This document shows positions 53,101 to 64,000 of a stretch of DNA of 64,000 bases, one piece after another. The stretch is taken from contig JBNRSN020000014.1 of NCBI GenBank assembly GCA_051313645.2, positions 152,024,001 to 152,088,000 on the forward strand, read 5' to 3'. A program made the translations under genes and the position numbers. Positions within the stretch are counted from its first letter, which is position 1; the number at the start of each line of letters is the position of its first letter. Source of the stretch: Centroscyllium fabricii (taxonomy: Eukaryota). The notes beneath the pieces were generated by a model. That model was not told the origin of the DNA, did not search any database, and saw nothing but the letters and a program-made list of their open reading frames with translations.

Positions 53101-56100
53101 TAATTGACTGAGAGAGGATTGAATGAGGGAGAACTGACTGAGGGAGAACTGACTGAGAGAGGATTGACTGAGGGAGAACTGACTGAGAGAGAACTGACTG
53201 AGAGAGAACTGACTGAGAGAGGATTGACTGAGAGAGGATTGACTGAGAGAGGATTGACTGCGAGAGGATTGACTGAGAGGACTGACTGAGAGAGAACTGA
53301 CTGAGGGAGGATTGACTGAGGGAGGATTGACTGAGGGAGGATTGACTGAGGGAGGATTGATTGAGAGAGGATTGACTGAGAGAGGATTGACTGAGAGAGG
53401 ACAGACTGAGAGAGGATTGACTGAGAGAGGATTGTCTGAGGGAGGCTTGACTGAGAGAGGATTGACTCAGGGATGATTGAATGAGAGAGGATTGACTGAG
53501 GGAGGATTGACTGAGAGAGAACTGACTCAGAGAGGATTGACTGAGGGAGGATTGACTGAGAGAGGATTGACTGAGAGAGGATTGACGGAGAGAGGATTGA
53601 CGGGGAGAGGATTGACAGAGAGGATTGACTGAGAGAGGATTGACTGAGAGAGGATTGACTGAGAGAGGATTGACTGAGGGAGGATTGACAGAGAGAACTG
53701 ACTGAGAGAGGATTGACTGAGGGAGAACTGACTGAGAGAGAACTGACTGAGAGAGAACTGACTGAGAGAGGATTGACTGAGAGAGAACTGACTGAGGGAG
53801 GACTGACTGAGAGAGGATTGACTGAGAGAGGATTGACTGAGGGAGGATTGAATGAGAGAGGATTGACTGAGGGAGGATTGACTGAGAGAAGATTGACTGA
53901 GAGAGAACTGACTGACAGAGGATTGACTGAGGGAGGATTGACTGAGAGAGGATTGACTGAGAGAGAACTGACTGAGAGAGGATTGACTGAGAGAGAACTG
54001 ACTGAGAGAGGATTGACTGAGAGAGGTTTGACTGAGAGAGGATTGACTGAGGGAGGATTGATTGAGAGAGAACTGACTGAGAGAGGATTTACTGAGGGAG
54101 GATTAACTGAGAGAGGATTGACTGAGGGAGGATTGACTGAGAGAGGATTGACTGAGGGAGAACTGACTGAGAGAGGATTGACTGAGGGAGAATTGACTGA
54201 GAGAGAACAGACTGAGAGAGAACAGACTGAGAGAGGATTGACTGAGAGAGGATGACTGAGAGAGGATTGACTGAGAGAGGATTGACTGAGAGAGGATTGA
54301 CTGAGAGAGGATTGACTGAGAGAGGATTGACTGAGAGAGGATTGACTGAGAGAGGATTGACTGAGAGAGGATTGACTGAGAGACGATTGACTGCGGGAGG
54401 ATTGATTGAGGGAGTATTGACTGAGGGAGGATTGACTGAGAGAGGACTGAGAGAGGACTGACTGAGAGAGGATTGACTGAGGGAGGATTGACTGAGAGAG
54501 GATTGACTGAGGGAGGATTGAAGGAGAGAGGATTGACTGAGGGAGGATTGACTGAGAGAGAACTGACTCAGAGAATTGACTGAGGGAGGATTGACAGAGA
54601 GGATTGACTGAGAGAGGATTGACTGAGAGAGAACTGACAGAGAGGATTGACTGAGTGAGGAATGACTGAGAGGATTGACTGAGAGAGGATTGACTGAGAG
54701 AGGATTGACTGAGAGAGGATTGACTGAGAGAGGTTTGACTTAGAGGTTTGACTGAGAGAGGTTTGACTGAGAGAGGATTGACTGAGAGAGGATTGACTGA
54801 GAGAGGATTGACTGAGGGAGGATTGACTGAGAGAGGTTTGACTGAGGGAGGATTGAATGAGAGAGGATTGACTGAGGGAGGATTGACTGAGGGAGGATTG
54901 ACTGAGAGAGAACTGACTGAGGGAGGATTGATTGAGAGAGAACTGACTGAGAGAGGATTTACTGAGGGAGGATTGACTGAGAGAGGATTGACTGAGGGAG
55001 GATTGACTGAGAGAGGATTGACTGAGGGAGAACTGACTGAGAGAGGATTGACTGAGGGAGAATTGACTGAGAGAGAACAGACTGAGAGAGAACAGACTGA
55101 GAGAGGATTGACTGAGAGAGGATTGACTGAGAGAGGATTGACTGAGAGAGGATTGACTGAGAGAGGATTGACTGAGAGAGGATTGACTGAGAGAGGATTG
55201 ACTGAGAGAGGATTGACTGAGAGGGGTTTGACTGAGAGAGGATTGACTGAGAGAGGATTGACTGCGGGAGGATTGATTGAGGGTGTATTGACTGAGGGAG
55301 GATTGACTGAGAGAGGACTGAGAGAGGACTGACTGAGAGAGGATTGACTGAGGGAGGATTGACTGAGAGAGGATTGACTGAGGGAGGATTGAATGAGAGA
55401 GGATTGACTGAGGGAGGATTGACTGAGAGAGAACTGACTCAGAGAATTGACTGAGGGAGGATTGACAGAGAGGATTGACTGAGAGAGGATTGACTGAGAG
55501 AGAACTGACAGAGAGGATTGACTGAGTGAGGAATGACTGAGAGGATTGACTGAGAGAGGATTGACTGAGAGAGGATTGACTGAGAGAGGATTGACTGAGA
55601 GAGGTTTGACTTAGAGGTTTGACTGAGAGAGGTTTGACTGAGAGAGGATTGACTGAGAGAGGATTGACTGAGAGAGGATTGACTGAGGGAGGATTGACTG
55701 AGAGAGGTTTGACTGAGGGAGGATTGAATGAGAGAGGATTGACTGAGGGAGGATTGACTGAGGGAGGATTGACTGAGAGAGAACCTACTGAGGGAGGATT
55801 GACAGAGAGAGGATTGACTGAGAGAGAACTGACTGAGAGGATTGACTGAGTGAGGAATGACTGAGTGAGGATTGACTGAGAGAGAACTGACTGAGAGAGG
55901 TTTGACTGAGAGAGGTTTGACTGAGAGAGGTTTGACTGAGAGAGGTTTGACTGAGAGAGGATTGACTGAGAGAGGATTGACTGAGAGAGAACTGACTGAG
56001 GGAGGACTGACTGAGAGAGGATTGACTGAGAGAGAACTGACGGAGAAGAGATTGACTGAAGGAGGACTGACTGAGAAGAACTGACTGAGAGAGGACTGAC

Positions 56101-57761
56101 TGAGAGAGGACTGTCTGAGGGAGGATTGACTGAGGGAGGATTGACTGAGGGAGGACTGACTGAGAGAGAACTGACTGAGAGAGGATTGACTGAGGGAGGA
56201 TTGATTGAGAGAGGATTGACTGAGAGAGGATTGACTGAGAGAGGATTGACTGAGAGAGGATTGACTGAGAGAGGATTGACTGAGAGAGGATTGACTGAGA
56301 GAGGATTGACTGAGAGAGGATTGACTGAGAGAGGATTGACTGAGGGAGGATTGACTGAGGGAGGATTGACTGAGGGAGGATTGACTGAGAGAAGATTGAC
56401 TGAGAGAGAACTGACTGACAGAGGATTGACTGAGAGAGGATTGACTGAGAGAGGATTGACTGAGAGAGGATTGACTGAGTGAGGATTGACTGAGGGAGGA
56501 TTGACTGAGGGAGAACTGACTGAGGGAGAACTGACTGAGAGAGGACTGACTGAGAGAGGATTGACTGAGAGGATTGACTGAGAGAGTACTGACTGAGGGA
56601 GGACTGACTGAGAGAGGATTGACTGAGAGAGAACTGACTGAGAGAGTATTGACTGAGAGAACTGACTGAGAGAGGATTGATTGAGGGAGGATTGACTGAG
56701 AGACGATTGACTGAGGGAGGATTGACTGAGAGAGGATTGACTGAGAGAGAACTGACTGAGAGAGGACTGACTGAGAGAGAACTGACTGCGAGAGGCTTGA
56801 CTGAGAGAGGATTGATTGAGGGAGGAATGACTGAGAGAGGATTGACAGAGAGAACTGACTGAGAGAGGATTGACAGAGAGGATTGACTGAGAGAGGATTG
56901 ACTGAGCGAGGATTGACTGACAGAGTATTTACTGAGGGAGGATTGACTGAGAGAGGATTGACTGAGAGATGATTGACTGAGGGAGGGTTGACTGAGAGAG
57001 AATTGACTGAGAGAGAACTGACTGAGAGAGGATTGACTGAGGGAGAACTGACTGAGAGAACTCACAGAGAGAGGATTGACTGAGAGAGCATTGACTGAGT
57101 GAGGTTTGACTGAGAGAGAACTGACTGTGAGATGATTGACTGAGGGAGGATTGACTGAGAGAGGATTGACTGAGAGAGGACTGACTGAGAGAGGACTGAC
57201 TGGGAGAGGACTGACTGAGAGAGGACTGACTGAGAGAGGATTGACTGAGAGAGGATTGACTGAGAGAGGATTGACTGAGAGAGGATTGACTGAGAGAGGA
57301 TTGACTGAGGGAGGATTGACTGAGAGAGGATTGACTGAGAGAGGATTGACTGAGAGAGGATTGACTGAGAGAGGATTGACTGAGAGTGGATTGACTGAGA
57401 GAGGATTGACTGAGAGAGGATTGACTGAGAGAGGATTGACTGAGAGAGGATTGACTGAGGGAGGATTGACTGAGAGAACCGACTGAGAGAGGATTGACTG
57501 AGAGAGGATTGACTGAGGGAGGATTGAATGAGAGAGAACTGACTGAGAGGATTGACTGAGGGAGGATTGACTGAGAGGATTGACTGAGAGAGAACTGACT
57601 GAGAGAGAACTGACTCAGAGACGATTGACTGAGGGAGGATTGACTGAGAGAGAACGGACTGAGGGAGAACGGACTGAGAGAGGATTGACTGAGAGAGGAT
57701 TGACTGAGGGAGGATTGACTGAGGGAGGATTGACTGAGAGAGAACTGACTGAGGGAGGATT
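41186..57761 (+). repeat. 15-bp satellite block rich in 13-bp (GA-deleted) monomers and homogeneous runs; contains a ~4475-bp tandem duplication (approx. 44000-48450 vs 48500-52800) with a nested ~1528-bp repeat
   Basis: Offsets 44398/48872 (4474), 45632/50107, 46168/50643, 46683/51158, 47160/51635 (4475); nested 45632/47160 and 46168/47696 (1528); 54748/55619 (871). Confidence 0.95.
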
Positions 57762-58776
57762 TGTCACAGGGTGCCTGTTCCTTTAAATATTAGTAACAGT
57801 TTTTGCTGTGGCTCCACAGCTGTTTTAAGGAATAGGTTCCCTTGTTATGTAATTAACTGTTCTGTTATCTGTTTATTTGCTAGTTGTGCTCTGCTCTCAT
57901 GGCCTTGAGATTATTGGCTACCACCAAATGGTGTACTTGCTGGGTTTAGTATATAATCTGGAGGTTGGCTTGAGAGCAGGTGCGGGATCATTGCATAGTA
58001 ATGCGTCATGGGACTGGATATCTATTATTCATTCTACAGGCCACTGGAAGGAGGTGGTTACTGCTGTTGTGCTGAGTGGCCGTCAGAGGCAAGGAGGTTG
58101 GAGATCGACTGACTCAGCTTGTACTTTGCACTCTGCTATTTCAGGTGCTCAGGCTGGGTTGCCCGACAGGGGCATTGGGGTGGAACTCATTTCCCTCTAC
58201 CTTGACAGTGCGCCCTGCTATTGGGAACCCAGCAATGGACAACTCATCTGTGGGTAAGGGAGTTCCCCTGCCAGTAGACCTGGTGCGCTACTGCCTGATG
58301 CCATGGGGTTAAGTCTCCGTGACGGAGCAGAAGAAGTAGGTCGGACCCATTTCTACTACTTGGACATTCATTTCTTCATCCGAACCCAGGTTTGGACATT
58401 GGTGATCTGTAAGCAGAAGCTGTTCCCATATCCTCTACGTAGTAGGTGGATTGAGATGTCATGCTCGCTGAGGAGGACTTGTTCGGTTCTCTTTAAGTTG
58501 GACAGTTATGCCTGGACTAGTATTCTTTGGGAGAATGGCGCGCTTGGTTGCGTGGCACCACTTTATCCATTACTCGCTATGTTTGGAAGTCTGTGCCAGA
58601 CTTTAGACAAGACTTGTGTTAAATATGTGTCTTATATAATTGTATATGTGTCTTATATAATTGTAGGTTTCTGGTATAATATGATGTTTTAGTAATAAAG
58701 GAGTTTAGTTTTATAGACGTTTCAGTGTCTCTGCATTTGGGCCCCGCCTTCATTCCACTAACACCCAACCGTTACA
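57762..58776 (+). mobile_element. Solo LTR C (1015 bp), second LTR family
   Basis: Termini TGTCACA...GTTACA; 5-bp TSD GGATT (57757-57761 / 58777-58781); ATTGG at 57913-57917, TATATAA at 57950-57956, AATAAA at 58694-58699. Confidence 0.87.
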
Positions 58777-61700
58777 GGATTGACTGAGGGAGGATTGACT
58801 GAGAGAGGATTGACTGAGGGAGGATTGACTGAGAGAGAACTGACTGAGAGAGGATTGACTGAGGGAGGATTGACTGAGAGAGGATTGACTAAGAGACAAC
58901 TGACTGAGAGAGGATTGACTGAGAGAGGATTGACTGATAGAGGACTGACTGAGGGAGGACTGACTGAGGGAGGACTGACTGAGGGAGGACTGACTGAGAG
59001 AGGATTGACTGAGAAATAATTGACTGAGAGAGGATTGAATGAGGGAGAACTGACTGAGGGAGAACTGACTGAGAGAGGATTGACTGAGGGAGAACTGACT
59101 GAGAGAGAACTGACTGAGAGAGAACTGACTGAGAGAGGATTGACTGAGAGAGGATTGACAGAGAGGATTGACTGCGAGAGGATTGACTGAGAGGACTGAC
59201 TGAGAGAGAACTGACTGAGGGAGCATTGACTGAGGGAGAATTGACTGAGGGAGGATTGACTGAGGGAGGATTGATTGAGAGAGGATTGACTGAGAGAGGA
59301 TTGACTGAGAGAGGACAGACTGAGAGAGGATTGACTGAGAGAGGATTGACTGAGGGAGGCTTGACTGAGAGAGGATTGACTCAGGGAGGATTGAATGAGA
59401 GAGGATTGACTGAGGGAGGATTGACTGAGAGAGAACTGACTCAGAGGATTGACTGAGGGAGGATTGACTGAGGGAGGATTGACTGAGAGAGGATTGACTG
59501 AGAGAGAACTGACGGAGAGAGGATTGACGGAGAGAGGATTGACAGAGAGGATTGACTGAGAGAGGATTGACTGAGAGAGGATTGACTGAGAGAGGATTGA
59601 CTGAGGGAGGATTGACAGAGAGAACTGACTGAGAGAGGATTGACTGAGGGAGAACTGACTGAGAGAGTACTGACTGAGAGAGAACTGACTGAGAGAGGAT
59701 TGACTGAGAGAGAACTGACTGAGGGAGGACTGACTGAGAGAGGATTGACTGAGAGAGGATTGACTGAGGGAGGATTGAATGAGAGAGGATTGACTGAGGG
59801 AGGATTGACTGAGAGAAGATTGACTGAGAGAGAACTGACTGAGAGACGATTGACTGAGGGAGGATTGACTGAGAGAGGATTGACTGAGAGAGAACTGACT
59901 GAGAGAGGATTGACTGAGAGAGAATTGACTGAGAGAGGATTGACTGAGAGAGGTTTGACTGAGAGAGGATTGACTGAGGGAGGATTGATTGAGAGAGAAC
60001 TGACTGAGAGAGGCTTTACTGAGGGAGGATTGACTGAGAGAGGATTGACTGAGGGAGGATTGACTGAGAGAGGATTGACTGAGGGAGAACTGACTGAGAG
60101 AGGATTGACTGAGGGAGAATTGACTGAGAGAGTACAGACTGAGAGAGAACTGACTGAGAGAGGATTGACTGAGAGAGAACTGACTGAGAGAGGATTGACT
60201 GAGGGAGGATTGACTGAGAGAGGATTGACTCAGAGAGGATTGACTGAGGGAGGATTGAATGAGAGAGGATTGACTGAGGGAGGATTGACTGAGGGAGAAC
60301 TGACTGAGAGATGATTGACTGAGAGAGGACTGACTGAGAGAGGACTGACTGAGAGATGATTGACTGAGGGAGGATTGACTGAGAGAATATTGACTGAGAG
60401 AGGATTTACTAGGAGAGAACTGACTGAGAGAGGACTGCCTGAGAGAGGATTGACTGAGAGAGAACTGACTGAGGGAGGACTGACTGAGAGAGGATTGACT
60501 GAGAGAGAACTGACGGAGAGGAGATTGACTGAAGGAGGACTGACTGAGAAGAACTGACTGAGAGAGGATTGACTGAGAGAGGATTGACTGAGGGAGGATT
60601 GACTGAGAGAGGATTGACTGAGAGAGAACTGACTGAGAGAGGATTGACTGAGGGAGGATTGATTGAGAGAGGATTGACTGAGGGAGGTTTGACTGAGAGA
60701 GAACTGACTGAGAGAGGATTGACTGAGAGAGGATTGACTGAGAGAGGATTGACTGATAGAGGATTGACTGAGGGAGGATTGAATGAGAGAGGATTGACTG
60801 AGGGAGGATTGACTGAGAGAAGATTGACTGAGAGAGAACTGACTGACAGAGGATTGACTGAGAGAGGATTGACTGAGGGAAGATTGACTGAGAGAGGATT
60901 GACTGAGAGAGAAGTGACTGAGAGAGGATTGACTGAGGGAGGATTGAATGAGAGAGGATTGAATGAGAGAGGATTGACTGAGGGAGGATTGACTGAGGGA
61001 GAACTGACTGAGGGAGAACTGACTCAGAGAGGATTGACTGAGAGAGGACTGACTGAGAGAGGACTGACTGAGAGAGGATTGACTGAGGGAGGATTGACTG
61101 AGAGAGGATTGACTGAGGGAGGATTGACTGAGAGAGAACTGACTGAGAGAGGATTGATTGAGGGAGGATTGACTGAGAGACGATTGACTGAGGGAGGATT
61201 GACTGAGAGAGGATTGACTGAGAGAGGATTGACTGAGGGAGGATTGACTGAGAGAAGATTGACTGAGGGAGGATTGACTGAGAGAGGATTGACTGAGAGA
61301 GAACTGACTGAGAGAGGATTGACTGAGGGAGGATTGACTGAGAGAGGATTGACTGAGAGAGGACTGACTGAGAGAGGATTGACTGAGAGAGAACTGACTG
61401 AGAGAGGATTGAATGAGAGAGAATTGACTGATAGAGGACTGACTGAGAGAGGATAGACTGAGAGAGAATGGACTGAGAGAGGATTGACTGAGAGAGGATT
61501 GACTGAGGGAGGAATGACTGAGAGAGGATTGACTGAGAGAGAACTGACTGAGAGAGGATTGACTGAGAGAGGATTGACTGAGAGAGGATTGACTGAGAGA
61601 GGATTGAGTGAGGGACGATTGACTGAGAGAACTGACTGACAGAGTATTTACTGAGGGAGGATTGACTGAGTGAGGATTGACTGAGTGAGGATTGACTGAG

Positions 61701-64000
61701 AGAGAACTGACTGAGAGCAGATTGACTGAGGGAGAACTGTCTGAGAGAGAACTCACTGAGAGAGGATTGACTGAGAGAGGATTGACTGAGGGATGATTGA
61801 ATGAGGGAGGATTGACTGAGGGAGGATTGACTGAGAGAGAACTGACTGAGAGATGATTGACTGAGGGAGGTTTGACTGAGAGAGAACTGACTGTGAGATG
61901 ATTGACTGAGGGAGGATTGACTGAGAGAGGACTGACTGAGAGAGGACTGACTGAGAGAGGATTGACTGAGGGAGGATTGACTGAGAGAGAATTGACTGAG
62001 AGAGGATTGACTGAGAGAGAACTGACTGTGAGATGATTGACTGAGGGAGGTTTGACTGAGAGAGGATTGACTGAGGGAGGATTGACTGAGAGAGAACTGA
62101 CTGAGAGAGGATTGACTGAGAGAGGATTGACTGAGGGAGGATTGAATGAGAGAGAACTGACTGAGAGAGGATTGACTGAGGGAGGATTGACTGAGAGAGG
62201 ATTGACTGAGAGAGAACGGACTGAGAGAGGATTGACTGAGAGAGGATTGACTGAGAGAGGATTGACTGAGAGAGGATTGACTGAGGGAGGATTGACTGAG
62301 AGAGAACTGACTGAAAGAGGATTGACTGAGGGAGGATTGACTGAGAGAGGATTGACTGAGGGAGAATTGACTGAGAGAGAACTGACTGAGAGAGAACTGT
62401 CTGAGAGAGGATTGACTGAGGGAGGATTGACTGAGAGAGGATTGACTGAGTGAGGACTGACTGAGAGAGGATTGACTAAGAGAGAACTGACTGAGAGAGG
62501 ATTGACTGAGAGAGGATTGACTGATAGAGGACTGACTGAGGGAGGACTGACTGAGAGAGTATTGACTGAGAAATAATTGACTGAGAGAGGATTGAATGAG
62601 GGAGAACTGACTGAGGGAGAACTGACTGAGAGAGGATTGACTGAGGGAGAACTGACTGAGAGAGAACTGACTGAGAGAGAACTGACTGAGAGAGGATTGA
62701 CTGAGAGAGGATTGACTGAGAGAGGATTGACTGCGAGAGGACTGACTGAGAGAGAACTGACTGAGGGAGGATTGACTGAGGGAGGATTGACTGAGGGAGG
62801 ATTGATTGAGAGAGGATTGACTGAGAGAGGACTGACAGAGAGGACAGACTGAGAGAGGATTGACTGAGAGAGGATTGACTGAGAGAGGATTGACTGAGGG
62901 AGGCTTGACTGAGAGAGGATTGACTCAGGGAGGATTGAATGAGAGAGGATTGACTGAGTGAGGATTGACTGAGAGAGAACTGACTCAGAGAGGATTGACT
63001 GAGGGAGGATTGACTGAGAGAGGATTGACTGAGAGAGAACTGACGGAGAGAGGATTGACTGAGAGAGGATTGACTGAGAGAGGATTGACTGAGGGAGGAT
63101 TGACTGAGAGAGAACTGACTGAGAGAGTATTTACTGAGGGAGGATTGACTGAGAGAGGATTGACTGAGGGAGGATTGACTGAGAGAGGATTGACTGAGAG
63201 AGAACTGACTGAGAGAGGATTGACTGAGGGAGAACTGACTAAGAGAGAACTGACTGAGAGAGAACTGACTGAGAGAGGATTGACTGAGAGAGAACTGACT
63301 GAAGGAGGACTGACTGAGAGAGGATTGACTGAGAGAGAACTGACTGAGAGAGGATTGACTGAGGGAGGATTGACTGAGAGAGGATTGACTGAGGGAGGAT
63401 TGACTGAGAGAGAACTGACTGAGAGAGGATTGACTGAGGGAGGATTGACTGAGAGAGGATTGACTAAGAGACAACTGACTGAGAGAGGATTGACTGAGAG
63501 AGGATTGACTGATAGAGGACTGACTGAGGGAGGACTGACTGAGGGAGGACTGACTGAGGGAGGACTGACTGAGAGAGGATTGACTGAGAAATAATTGACT
63601 GAGAGAGGATTGAATGAGGGAGAACTGACTGAGGGAGAACTGACTGAGAGAGGATTGACTGAGGGAGAACTGACTGAGAGAGAACTGACTGAGAGAGAAC
63701 TGACTGAGAGAGGATTGACTGAGAGAGGATTGACAGAGAGGATTGACTGCGAGAGGATTGACTGAGAGGACTGACTGAGAGAGAACTGACTGAGGGAGCA
63801 TTGACTGAGGGAGAATTGACTGAGGGAGGATTGACTGAGGGAGGATTGATTGAGAGAGGATTGACTGAGAGAGGATTGACTGAGAGAGGACAGACTGAGA
63901 GAGGATTGACTGAGAGAGGATTGACTGAGGGAGGCTTGACTGAGAGAGGATTGACTCAGGGAGGATTGAATGAGAGAGGATTGACTGAGGGAGGATTGAC
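58777..64000 (+). repeat. 15-bp satellite, right block, with the start of a 4575-bp duplication (58777.. vs 63352..); continues beyond window end
   Basis: Private variants GACTAAGAGACAAC and GGGAGCATTGAC recur at offset 4575 (pseudo-ORF starts 59226/63801). Confidence 0.96.

Noticed and set aside
37702-58692. 60-190 aa ORFs within the three ~1-kb inserts as env or accessory genes
   Set aside because: Frames are not preserved among A, B and C (indels, stops) and no domains are recognisable; termini and TSDs fit noncoding solo LTRs.
1-64000. Long repetitive ORFs (LTERG)n on + and (SQSSL)n/(SVNPL)n/(SQSIL)n on -, up to 1252 aa, as a pentapeptide-repeat or mucin-like gene
   Set aside because: A 15-bp monomer with no stop in one + frame and all three - frames gives long ORFs automatically. 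Starts are mostly TTG/GTG, frames are broken by 13/14-bp monomers, TGA variants and TE insertions, and there is no unique N- or C-terminal domain.
1-64000. CRISPR array or telomeric repeat
   Set aside because: No unique spacers or cas genes; the monomer is not TTAGGG-like and the array is interrupted by LTR elements.
1-64000. Satellite as an array of transcription-factor sites (AP-1-like TGACTGA, W-box TTGACT, PBX/MEIS-like GATTGAC)
   Set aside because: Short or mismatched motifs that arise by chance in any 15-mer; the host lineage is unknown and the sequence gives no independent support.

Overview
Eukaryotic (animal-like, host not identifiable from the sequence) repeat-dominated window with no supportable host gene. 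About 85% is one purine-rich 15-bp tandem satellite (consensus GAGAGGATTGACTGA) whose variant monomers form nested higher-order duplications of about 0.5-7.5 kb; the long LTERG / SQSSL / SVNPL ORFs are translation by-products of this repeat. Four insertions interrupt the array. (1) A young Ty3/Gypsy LTR retrotransposon on the minus strand (26414-32906) with the architecture [5'-truncated pol]-LTR-[single gag-pol ORF]-LTR. It has no tRNA primer-binding site; instead a perfect 15-bp inverted repeat pairs the PBS position with the LTR segment carrying the poly(A) signal (candidate self-priming element). Its RT motif is YLDN, and it has one precise end and one microhomology-joined end with no satellite lost between them. 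(2-4) Three diverged ~1-kb solo LTRs of a second, unrelated family (37703-38686, 40118-41185, 57762-58776), each with its own 5-bp target-site duplication. All comparisons were made by eye; duplication boundaries inside the satellite are approximate.
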